Positions 49,435 through 61,000 of a stretch of DNA of 64,000 nucleotides are shown here, in pieces (position 1 is the first letter of the stretch; each line of letters opens with the position of its first letter). The DNA lies in contig NW_019091360.1 of NCBI RefSeq assembly GCF_001949145.1, positions 3,098,864-3,162,863 of the forward strand, given 5' to 3'. A model generated the notes under the pieces. It was not told the DNA's origin. It searched no databases and saw only the letters and a list, made by a program, of their open reading frames with translations. The stretch comes from Acanthaster planci. Taxonomy: Eukaryota. The translations under genes and the position numbers were made by a program.

Positions 49435-51567
49435 CATGACGTATGAGAAAAAAACTTCTGGTTAAGCAATTGTCATAACATAATATCCATCATGTCTCTT
49501 GCAACAAATGCGTGCAAATACTTTCATAATGAAGTGCCTTAAAGATTTTTTACATGAGCAGTCTAAAAATTGGGGCCTGAAGTGAGTCTGTGTGGGAATT
49601 GTATATGCTTAGAATACTTAAGACATTACAAATTCATCTAACGAGATTACATTGTGAAGCAGTATTGATATATTTTTGACCAGATAACCTATACTATTTC
49701 AACGAGGTGTGTGAGGCTTTGTAGTTCTTGTCAAACAACTTTATTTTTATAGTGATATTAAAGAATTCTTTGCAATGTATTGTTTTGAATACAAACATCC
49801 AGGATGCATCTTTGTGTCTTAGTTGACCTCATTTTCAATTGAAGGGTATTTTGTTGCCTTTGTGTTTTGTTTTGCATTTTGCAAATATGTATTTCCATAT
49901 TCATGAGTAAAAGTGTGACATCATCCTGAGAAGAAAACCTCACTGGTGCATTGGTTTGTGTGCAAAAAACTTACAGCATTTGTCAAAGATTTTGCTGGAC
50001 TGAATTCATTTTTTCTTTGGAGAAATAAGAATGTTAAGAAACGTGTTCTCAGACGTGTTTGCAGTGTGAACATTCTGGATTCATAATATGAACAGAAATG
50101 CGTAGAGGTTTGCGCGTGTATAGAGGGGCTTGTGGGGTACCGCAACAATGGGAAGTACCCCATAGGGTACTTGTGGGGTACTGAGATGGTACCCGACAAG
50201 GATTTCACGAAATAGATATTTCAGATTTACTCAAAAAGGAGGAATTTTCAGGTGCCATTCATCTGTCGCAAAATGAAGTATTTTAATCAATTTGAGGCAA
50301 AATAAATTGCAGCTTCAAATAATTTATCACCGCGGGACATTGGAGGCTCTTGTCACTAAGTGGGTCAGTAGTGATCACTTGCGGTTGCTGGCACGGTGAT
50401 TTAATGCCTTGAACTAGTTACTGGCGTGACCTTAAAAATAGTAGTAGCACTGGAGAGAGTTACCCCCGGTCACTTTTGCTTGAGCAGCCGTGGCGTTTGG
50501 TTGGAAAAGAGAAAATCTGTCTGTTTTGCAAAATTCAAATGGGAGTGATGTGAAAATGTGTGCGTGTTGTGCGGGAGTTTTGTACACGAGAACAAAGGGA
50601 ATAACCCACAAGTATAGCTGTGTAAGGTTGGGTGCACTGAACTGTGTCTTCCCTGGACGACAGCACAGCAACAGCGCCGTTAGTTGTCAAGGGAAGCATG
50701 GTTATTTTCAAATTACATGTTAAATGCAATTTAAATTCATTTAACTTAATATAGTAGATATGAGATAGCTTTCATTAACCAAAGAAAAATGTGCAGTTGA
50801 ATGAAAATGTTTCTAACACACTTTCATTGCTTCGACTTTTCTTTCAAAGTTTTGATAATGTATGCATGATTTTTCTTTTAAGTTTTGCACTCAGTTTTGA
50901 ACTTTGAAGTTTTGCAGTTTTGCTTGCAAATATTTCACCGTGTGCAATTGATCCATAGACTAAGTGTGTGTCTAAGATTTTGTAGGAGATAGTCCTTCTA
51001 TTTATCACAGTTTTCACTGCAATCACTCAGAGTTCTAGTATTAAGTAAGTGCCTGGGTATTGTTAACAGGCCCAAATACCTTTATTGTAGTTAATAGCTT
51101 ATAACCACTGTATAGTTGTTTTTATTTTATTGTTTCCATTTTAAGATGTATTCAATGCCTATGAAGCTCATTTTTAAAATACATTTTTAAAGAAATGTAT
51201 TCCTCTTTCATATGTGTAACATGAATGTTCATTTCAGGGAATTCAATGCAGACCAGACCATGCAGGGTAAGTTGGGTTTCTTGAACGTCTCAGGTTTAAT
51301 GCCAACCTTTCTGTTATATTTCTAAACAAATTAATCCAGCTTTCGTGTCTTTGAAAAAAAGTTTCATTAAAAGCAACAAAAAAGTATTGAAACACCTTGT
51401 TAACAGTTTTTGTTCCAAATCTCTGACTGTTCAGCACTTTATTGGTTAAATAGGACCTTTGTAATCCGAGAATGAACCCAAGGGTTTCATATATAAAGTT
51501 CAAATGCACTCTAAGGGATTTTTACCTTTGTATGTTTTAATCACTTTGTTGTTGTTTATGTAATGTT

Positions 51568-51765
51568 ATTAACCCTAATTGTCATGCATGAGGAATAACC
51601 ACAAAGTGTTTGCTTCCCGAAGATGTTAGATTTTAGAGGCTGATTGATTGTTTTACTTTTTGGTTATAGTTGATACTAAATAATTTCATTAACCCTAAAT
51701 ATATTGTGCATGAGGAGTACCCCAAATTGTTTAGAACCAAAATATCATATTTTGAAGGCTGACTG
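51568..51765. repeat. Diverged tandem duplication of about 120 bp in the presumed NWD 3' UTR
   Basis: ATTAACCCTAA...GCATGAGGA.TA.C...AA.TGTTT...ATTTT..AGGCTGA.TG occurs twice. Candidate poly(A) signal AATAAA at 51800-51805. Confidence 0.6.
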
Positions 51766-52372
51766 TTTTGTCATTTTAATATTGTGTGATGTCATAAACA
51801 ATAAAATACAAATTTAAGCAAATTACTAAATTCCCTTTTCTTTCTGAATCACCCCCAGGTCTTTTTTGCTCTCTTGTTTAATTGAAATTTGTGGAAAATT
51901 GTTCTCCACTTTTGAAAGAAAAAAAATAGCATGTAAAAATGGACTGCTGCAGCAATAACATCGGAATGTTAAACCCTACAGAAAACTAAATGAAGACTTT
52001 CACCTGAAGAGTTTTTATCGCAGTGTATAATATGAACAGAACTGCCAATTCTTTTCCATTCTCTTGACATCCCGCAGATACGAAGAACAAGAAGTTAATC
52101 AGGAATACAGAATAGCATAATTTAACATATAAATACAAAACAAACATTAATGGAATTAATTAAAGCAAAATAAAATATGCCTTAAAATTCAACATTTCTT
52201 CGAGTACCTCGCTAACTCGGTAAATAAAAAAAACACCTCTCCAACATTTTCGATAAGTACAGCCGCTTCAATCTTTTTATAGTTTGCCTTTAGAATAAAA
52301 GGATTGAGTACATTTTACTTTCTCCGAGTTTACTTCCCAGTTTCAAGATTTAACTCGCTGTCTGCAAGTCCT

Positions 52373-52433
52373 CTAAAGGTTGGGTGCCACGTGATGAGAA
52401 TCGCTGTACCGTTTGTTGATGACGTGAAAAAGC
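52373..52433 (-). CDS. SLC46-like coding exon 5 (last)
   Basis: CTGGACAG acceptor, ALFHVINKRYSDSHHVAPNL-stop. An alternative acceptor at 52505 would give an immediate stop. Confidence 0.6.
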
Positions 52434-55400
52434 CTGTCCAGAAAAACAGAAGCAAAGTCGACATTTTACCGAGCAAGTATGAACTTCTACATGCTTTGCT
52501 AAGCCCTGTAAAGAAAAAAGTGGAAGTGTTTTTTTTTCTGGGTTGGATATTAGTTGAACAAATTAAAAGTGCGAAACATCGATTCTGTGCATTTTGAACA
52601 GACAACAATGTGAAAATGTCTCATGATTTTCAAAGTTAGCTCATGTGCCGATTTTTATTTTAATAGCCACTCATGAAAAAGTGTTATGAAAAGTTGTCCA
52701 AACGAGGATATATTTTAAAAGACTATCAGCCACAAATCAAGAATTAGGGGCATGCACACGCAGGGTAAAATATTCATTTGCTGCAATTAAATGGAATTTC
52801 ACATTTGGTCCTCTGAAATTTTAAAATAAAAGCATTTCAAATATTTAATTTCACTCTGCAAATGAAACACATATTAACCAAGAAATTACTAGAATATCCC
52901 AGCAGTTTAAGGGTGATAGGGGCCTATGTGTAAAGTACTCAAAATGACGTACGCGACTAATATAGATGGAATAAACGTGACTCCTGCTATCAAGAAATAC
53001 ACAAACGTTGGTTGGAATGCCACGGTAGCCATGTAGACCGCGTTAATGACAATTGGAGAAATGTACGTGCCGAAGTTCTCAACACAGGCGAAGAATGAAA
53101 AGGCAACACCTGAAACAGCAGGAAATTAAAGAGAAGGCGTTGTTCTTGCATCCTTTTCCATTGCATTTCAGATGTCAGGTGCATTTGCAAAGGCAGCAGT
53201 GATCAAGTTTGCCAATTTAGACATTCCACGTACTGCAGGTAGCTAATTATTGACAAAGTAGTGGTCATCGAGATTAATAACACACGAACGCAGTCAGGCG
53301 TTCGTGGGAGATAAAATTAATAACGTCATTGTGAACGGCGTCATTGAAGCAAATAAAAAACTAGGAAAGTGGCTTCCCGTTCATTAAAAAGGAGAAAACA
53401 AAATTTAATTAAGAAATTTGCGGGAAAATTGCAGTTTTCAAATTTTTGATGACATCATGCCTCCGTTTAGAACTCTATTTTTCCATCTAAACTTAACACT
53501 TCTTATTAAACCTAAAGAAGAGCATCGATTGAGCACACATTAACTGTTAATTGGCTTCAAGAATAGAGAAACGAAGGCCGTACTTCTAATGCTAACTTGC
53601 AGTCTCTATCGAACACACTCTCCGTTTTGTCGGTCTCGTTTCGTGATTTCTGTATTTACTTTTAATTTTTGAACATACCTTGTTCGTCTGCCCGGACCAG
53701 TTTGGAAAGCGAACCTCTGATAACAGGGAAACACAGTCCTGCAAACACTGTGAGGATTAGCGCTGCAAATAATCAGGCAGATAGTCCTTTTTCCAAAACT
53801 ACATTGTTACAACAATGACATACCGCTGCTGAAGGTACGGGAAAGAAAACGTGGTTTGGGCAACTCTTGAAAAAAGTCAGTCCAAAAAGAAACAGAACCG
53901 AATGTTTCGTGTGAGTTGAATGCAATATTGTGTAAGTTGTACTTCATTTGAGACTTTGGTCATTGGAATCAGCTGTATGATATATAGGCCCCCCCCTATG
54001 TCTTTTATATATAGGGAATTGTTATACGGGTATGCTATTTAAAAAAGGTACTCAAATGTGTTTTATGTACATGAAAATGACTGCGTCATAATAAGCTTGG
54101 TTTAAATGTTGCTTACCATTTAAGGATGAACTGCTTACCCAAGAAAAATAGTGTCGATGTTCTGACGAGCCCCATAGCCGCAAACGCCATGATAGCACTG
54201 ATGCAACTGATTTGGAAGATCCAATGGTCACTGAAACATCTTGTCAACAACTTGAAGCCTCCAATGTTACCTAATTGCATTAACATGCCGGTATGTTCAG
54301 GATCTTAATATGAAACTCTATACTGATATTGTAAATTTACTTGTAAGTTTCGATTATAAATTTATGAACCGCCTTTAAACATCGATCTTTGCGCAATCAG
54401 GAAAAATAAGGACAAATTTTTCGGAGAGATGAATTAAGGGCGATCACTCTGAACCATCACTTAAAAAAAAAATCAGTATTTGTCCAATCGATTCAGAAAA
54501 TGCAGGAATACCAACAACAACATGTATTTGAAACTTACGTGTATTCAACCAGCTCAACCCGAGCTGTGATACTTTGTTAGTATGTACCTTGGGCTGTCAT
54601 TGAGATTTGAATCCAAGTGACATATACTTACCAATTAACGGGATACCACATGCAAACGCGGTGTAATATCCGATAGTCATCGATGACCAACAGAAGGGTT
54701 CGGCTTGAGCATACAAGATTCGAACCTGGCCTGACGATACCAAAGGTGTCAACGAAAAACAGGTAGCGTAGATGAGAAGCAAGCAACAGGTGCGCACGGC
54801 GCCTCCCTTGAGGTATAACAATCGTCTGATGTTCCGTAGACTTTGTGTAAGTTTCTGTTTCTGGCCATCCGATTGCTGACTGTTCATCTGGATCGTTTCG
54901 ATCAGAGCACCGGGTATCATCAAGTAGACACCGGCAAGGACACCGAGAGTTGTCGCGATTCCAGCCGCTGTTGCAAAGCCAAGAGCTTCATTGAGATATT
55001 CCATGCCGATCTGTATAAGTCCAGCAAAGACGAAGACCGTCTCGATCACAACTAGCCTAAAAGTGCGCTCCTCCTTGGAGGTGACGTCTGCGATGTAGGA
55101 GAAGGATATTGCGAGCATCAGCGTCAGGCCTCCTGTCAGGCCCATGGCAAGATCACCGGCGAAAAATACCTCCAGAGGAAGGTTGAAGACCATGACGGCC
55201 GTACAGACGCCGGCGAACGCGACACTGCCAAAGGTGGAGAGGGCGAGGAACATCTTGCGGCCGAACCGGTCGGACAAGGCTCCGAGGATGATGGCAGACA
55301 CGAAGCCTGGAAAAGCTCCGACGAGGTTGAAGAGCAACATCCAATGAGCTGCGTCCGCCTGGATCTGTGCCTCAGTGTCGTCATCCGTGGAGTTGGCAGT

Positions 55401-55652
55401 CTGATTCCGGTCTCGACAAGGTGAGTCTTTGTGAACGGTGTAGTTGTACGACTCTTGCACTCTCACCAATACGTACTGGATGCGCAGGATACTCGTCACG
55501 ATGGAGCTGGCGGAAGCCAGGAAGAGTACGGGCTCGACCGTCACCCATCGACTCATCGCCCTCTCTCTTCCAGACAACGTTAACGCAGCCTTTTTCACCA
55601 GTGGCTCGGTTTCACAGTTGGGTGATCTGTCTGCCTCGTTGCGCGTCTCCAT
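52373..55652 (-). CDS. SLC46 family MFS transporter (proton-coupled folate transporter / SLC46A3-like); 5 coding exons, 484 aa
   Basis: Exons 55652-54632, 54270-54139, 53762-53679, 53109-52953, 52433-52373. All introns GT-AG, phases 1,1,1,2, 1455 nt. Motifs: TVEPVLFL, LGALSDRFGRK, GLTGG, FSYIADVTSKEERTFR, PFCW, IRGSLSKLVRADEQG. Confidence 0.9.
52953..53109 (-). CDS. SLC46-like coding exon 4
   Basis: GVAFSFFACVENFGTYISPIVINAVYMATVAFQPTFVYFLIAGVTFIPSILV. Confidence 0.9.
53679..53762 (-). CDS. SLC46-like coding exon 3
   Basis: ALILTVFAGLCFPVIRGSLSKLVRADEQ. Confidence 0.9.
54139..54270 (-). CDS. SLC46-like coding exon 2
   Basis: GNIGGFKLLTRCFSDHWIFQISCISAIMAFAAMGLVRTSTLFFL. Confidence 0.88.
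54632..55652 (-). CDS. SLC46-like coding exon 1
   Basis: METRNEAD...RWVTVEPVLFL...GALSDRFGRK...SYIADVTSKEERTFR...PFCWSSMTIGYY, donor GTAAGT. Confidence 0.93.
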
Positions 55653-56138
55653 GTCGAATAGGCCTAGGCCTATACCATTCCCCTTTTAGCGCTACTTAAC
55701 CCACCAGGATTACTAAAACGTGGTTGTCGTGTTCAACAGGCTGTGGGAGCAATAATAAACGCATCTTTTTTGCAGCTGGTGATGACGTTAAACAACCGAA
55801 CTCATCGCCGTGAGTTCTAACATATTGATCCCAGCATTGACACAGAACTTCGTTGAAGCTAAAATCACCACAAAACTTCACGTTGTCCTTACCTGACCCC
55901 AGACGTGACGAGATGTACTGGTTGGCAATTACGATGTCGATGGAGTCCTGTCATTGCATTAAATGTGTGCACGATGACTGGGCGGTATGCCTTTGTACTT
56001 GTTCAACTTCCGTATACGGATAGGACACTGTGGGGTCTCTTAGAGTGACCCAGAGCTTGCAACCTGCCATGCAAAAGCATACTGCGTCAAGTTATTTGTG
56101 TTTACGTTTTAGACTCAGTAAATGTATTTCTGTGAGCA

Positions 56139-56196
56139 CTGGCACGATTTATTCTTTTCAAATGAAACTGGCACGATTTATTCTTTTCAAATGAAA
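56139..56196. repeat. Perfect 29-bp tandem duplication
   Basis: CTGGCACGATTTATTCTTTTCAAATGAAA x2. Confidence 0.9.
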
Positions 56197-56424
56197 AAGA
56201 CAGAGTGGCACCTATGGAAAAGAAGTGTCGGTTGTGCCCCCTTTCAATACTTGTGATGGCCGAAGCAGACTCCGCCTGGCCCGACTGGGTCCCTATAGGC
56301 CCTACAGCCATCGCAGGGCACAAAAGCAACATGTTTGTGTGGCCGGCTTGTGAGTTCAGGGCTATGCTGTCTGGTTAATTTGTCTGCTTATCCACCACTT
56401 CCCTAGGATGTATGATTGATGGTC

Positions 56425-56596
56425 TACAGTTGAACCTCGTTAAGAAGAGGTTCTTGGGACTTTACAAATGACCTTGTTTTAAGAGGAACCTTTTATTATC
56501 AGGAGTGGAAAAAACAACAACAAAGACCTAAACTTTTTCCTTGTTATGACAGGAACCTTGTATTAACAGTGCTCTTCTTATTGAAGTTTGACTGTA
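56425..56596. mobile_element. Tc1/mariner (pogo/Tigger-like) MITE with TA flanks
   Basis: TA-CAGTTGAACCTCGTTAAGAAGAG ... CTCTTCTTATTGAAGTTTGACTG-TA. Confidence 0.72.
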
Positions 56597-57299
56597 TTTA
56601 TTACAGCGACTGTTGGATATAATTGGAAGCAAGGCCAGGCTGCACCTGACTTTTATTGACCAGTATTATTCGAATCATGAGTCCTGATGAGCAGAATCAC
56701 GTACTGCTTAAGCTCCTAAAAATCCTGATCTATTTAGCAGTTATAGCAAAATCTTAAACCAATTTAAACAAGATATTTCAGTTGAGTAGTAAAATAAATG
56801 TAATCAACAGTTTTCATGAAGTGTTTGGAGAGTAGGCGGAGGGGTTTTGCCTTACTGCGCAGCTTCAATAGCTCAAGAGAAAAAGATGAAACCGGCCATT
56901 TTAGATGATCTCAAGTTTTTTATGTGCCGGGCAGAGCTAGAGCTGTGATGTTTTTGTCTGCACGTAGAGTTGGTCTATATATTATTTTGCACATGCTACA
57001 GAAAACTCAGTGGCAGATTGTAATCCTGTGCTTCGTTTTTTGTTTAAGTTCATTTTACAATTCAGTCGGGATTAATGGGAATTTCCTTTGCCCTCATTTA
57101 GGCCTACATGTATTTTGACCTTGCAGAAACAAAACAAACTTCAGTTGTTGATGCTTAGATATTCTTCTTTTGTTGTCCTTTGGGAAGAGTTTTCCCTGAT
57201 GTTTACTGATAATGAATCCAAAAGTAATCTTCTTATGCTCTTTAATTTTTTTTATTTTATTATTTTTTTTCCAACCGCGGGTCGATCTGAGACCGTAGA

Positions 57300-57477
57300 C
57301 GTGATGAATATTTTTAGCTGCCACAGCGCCCTCTTGTAGTATTTGCCGCAGAAAGCAATCGCCATTGTTCCTAGACGTCTCAGCGTTCATTCACATTCAA
57401 TTTGTGCATGGGTTCCTGTTCTTTTTAGAGCACGCGCATAAAATTTGAAGTGAAAACGAAGAGCGTGCTCCATGTTG
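57300..57477 (+). promoter_or_regulatory. Putative promoter / first exon of a further plus-strand gene running off the window
   Basis: CpG-rich patch with a CAGCGCCCTCTTG motif, ending in ATGTTG|GTAAGT (strong donor at 57478), followed by CpG-poor intron-like DNA. Candidate internal exon at 60879-61008. Confidence 0.4.
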
Positions 57478-57904
57478 GTAAGTTTTCTTGGTACTAAAGT
57501 CTTATTTCTACGGCTTCAGTGTCCTAGAATTCAGCGTTATTTGATGTTTTTTCACTCTTGACTGATTAGTGTAGTGGTTAAATCAACTGTCGTGAGATGA
57601 AAGTGAGATGTTAGCATGGTTAGGGAAGTAAATATAGATGATTGCACTACACCAAATACACGCCCACAGAAAACAGTGCAAAATCGGACCGAAATAGCGC
57701 TGCCTGTTGACTCGTGAAGAGGTTGGCTTAGGCCTACGTTTTTTCACTGGAAATTCAAAATTATGGCCAGAAGATCACTTTTCGTTTCAATTTCATGGGG
57801 GTTAGCCACAAAAATATTTTTTTTATTCGTCTTTCAAGGAAGATACCTAAACAGCATTATAGTAAGTGCTCATTTTTCAATGTACCCGCCCACCTATCCA
57901 AAAT

Positions 57905-58008
57905 AGGCCCGCAATTTGTAGCCCCACTAGCGTGGCACAGATCACTACCGATAGGATAAATCGGGAGTGATCCGTGCCACACCAGTGGGGCTACGCAATT
58001 TGGGGCTT
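57905..58008. repeat. About 100-bp imperfect palindrome (hairpin or MITE core)
   Basis: GTAGCCCCACTAGCGTGGCACAGATCACTACCGAT pairs with ATCGGGAGTGATCCGTGCCACACCAGTGGGGCTAC. Confidence 0.75.
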
Positions 58009-61000
58009 TTTGTGAAAGAAACACCCCGAACTGGAATTTTGGATTTATAGAAATATTTCTATGATACATCCTGATTATGACCAGTCTTATTGTAAAAATC
58101 CTGTGGGATCACAAAATATTAATGAGCTCACGTGCAGAAATAAAATGATTTGGTGAAATGCACCCTGACACAGCAGCTAACGTAACGGTAGACATTCTCG
58201 CTGTTGGGATGACATCGCTGAGTCTTGATTCTTCACTCTGATTGGTCAATTGGTGGCCATTCCATATCATATACCAAAAACTAAGGCTGAGTAAGGGAAA
58301 AAGTTCCAAATATACGGACACCCTAACTTTCCCTTAACCCTATTTCCTAGGGACCATTGAAATCCTGCATAACTTGTTTTAGTGACTAACTGTGGTTTAG
58401 TGATGCAGTTTGAGAGAAAAACAAGAAAAAAAAATATTCAATTGACGTATCTTGATTTCCCACCACTTTCTCTTTTATCTTTTTTTTATTTTTTCAAATT
58501 CAATTCAAGGTGAGGCGTGAAATTTTATCTTTCAAATAAATCATAATTAGCTTTGTTTTTAGTAATTGATCTAGGTACTATGAATAAAACTTCTCTAAGT
58601 GTATTTCTGAAAAAAATGACAAAAAATGCTGCCGAATCCAGGCTTGTTGTCGACAACGGAAATCTGAAAATGATATAAATGCACAGTGCTTTTTCAGGTG
58701 TCATATTTTTGATAATGCCCTCAACACAATGTAGTTTGCAAAAGTTTATCAAAGTCGTCAATTAGTGTTCATATCATACGTCCAACACCGATGGTGAGCG
58801 CACAGTGATCATTTATCCATTTTCTTGACGATTTAAACTGAGGGTACATTTTTACGTTTAGTCTGTAAAGTAAAACTTTATGCTCTACTGACAATATTTC
58901 CAAATTCTCACAGGAAAAGCTTTCAATTCACACATACGGTCACTGCACACAAAGAAAAATGCCAAAGTGATAATTGATTATTGACAGTAATTTAATGGCA
59001 GTGCGTAATTTTGTGCAAGAGTTTTACAAGAAAGTTGGATGTGTAAATACCTGAATGCGTGAATTTAGGGTGTTCCACAATACCCTGTCATGGTTTGGCC
59101 CCTAATGTGGCACAGTTGGATTTTTCACCAATATTGCCATACTAGAGAAATATTTGCTCCTCAAGTTTCACGAGAAGTGAAAAATCATCACACCCTGACT
59201 ACATGTATGTGGTACACTGCTCATCTTGCTGTTACAGTGGTAGATCAAACGATATGAAAGTTTTACCTAAAAAGATTCATTAAGGTGGGTTTTTTTTGCT
59301 TGTTCATCAGTAGAAAAGAAATTTTTAGGTACATGTAACAACAACTGAGGGTGGGATTTTTAAATGTTTAACAAAAAAAGTTTCAAATCCGTTTACAGAT
59401 TTCTCCAACATTTAAACAAAACCGCCCCTTTTGAGGGTTTGACGTTCTGATTGACACAATCTGGCATTCATTTTTATGGTAAATGATGCCTGTTTTTACA
59501 GTCTGTTTTTTCCATTTTGGCATCCGTGTACTTTAAAAAAAATTAGAATCTAAAACAATAAACATTGCTTTTTGTAAATGCCCCAATCTAATCATTACCT
59601 CAAAATGGTGCACTCTTGACACCTGTTAATCTTCTGTGTCAATAATAATTTCTGCCATACTTATTGAAAGTATGTGCCACATGCCACACTGAGGTGAAAT
59701 GTCCAATGCGCATGCATAGTTTCCCTGTATGTAGCATGCCAAATGACCACACGGCCCAGTTCAAAGAAACCATCATCTCCGTAAATTTAACCAAACAAAG
59801 TCCAGTGCAAAGAGGGCTTTAGAAAGTGGGAAATATAACGTTTAAGTTGCAAAGTAGTCCTAGTTCGTGAATTCACGTCAGTTAGCATCCCAGTGCTCGA
59901 TCCAGCATCTTCGCAGTAGAGTGGGTGCGGACGCGGTGGAAAATACTCAACTTTCATTTTTTTGTTGTTTCGATAATAATTAGTGACTTCCAAATGTTTT
60001 TTGGGTGTTTATTTCAAATGAGAGCTACAATTCTCTGTAATTTGATATCACATTTGAGGCAGCGATGCTTTACTGTTTGGAAGATATGACAAGGATGGCG
60101 CTTTTCAGCCATGCCCATTCCATTTGGCTCTGAATTGCTTGGTAATGCTCCCACATTTTATACAGCGCTTAATACCCTTGCCAATAACATGCACTTACAA
60201 TAATAACTACATGTAAGGTTGGTACTTGGAATAAACATTTTCCAGTTACTGACTGTAGCAATTGAATGCTTGAAACTACATCTTATTGGATTCCTGGAAG
60301 TGGCTGTTCAGTTCAAACTGAGTTGTAGTATATCTTGCCCATAATCAAAACTAAGACAGGTCTCACCACCATACAACTTTATTTGGGCTGCAGACAATTC
60401 ACCCCCACCCTCCCAAATCCTTTAAACTCCTTTTCTGCAAAGTGGAGGAATTTGGAGGACTCAGAGTGTATGGCAAAAGTGCTTGGTTGATTACAAAGGA
60501 TGCCATATGTGAAGGTCGCGGATTAGACCTTGTGTTTGTTTTGCTTAGTCATGCATAAATTCAACCCGATATTTCTTTTGAATCAGCCGCACTGCTCTAG
60601 AATGCCATTCAGGATTTGGAAGGATTGAGGCAGTAGGCGCACCTCCAAGTAACATTTTTTTTAAATTTTGGAGGATTGAGGGAGAATCCAGTTTTTTCAC
60701 CCCAAAAATTGAAGGATTGTGGAGCATTTAGGAGGGTCCCCAGCAAAAAGCGCCTGGGGTTAGGGTTAATAAGTAAAATGGAGAGGTATTGTGGAAGGTG
60801 CTGTGCTGCCCGGTGCCCCTCAGGGACATGATGACTGTGAATCCCAACTTTACGATAGCTTAACTTTTCCTCCTTCAGATTGATGATAATAAAGCAAGAT
60901 CTCATTCAGCATATGGTCTACATTTCCAGTCAGTGATGCTTGGCCTGTACGGACTCCTACCGAAGAGATTCTATCTCCACTTACAGAGTTCTTGGATGCT

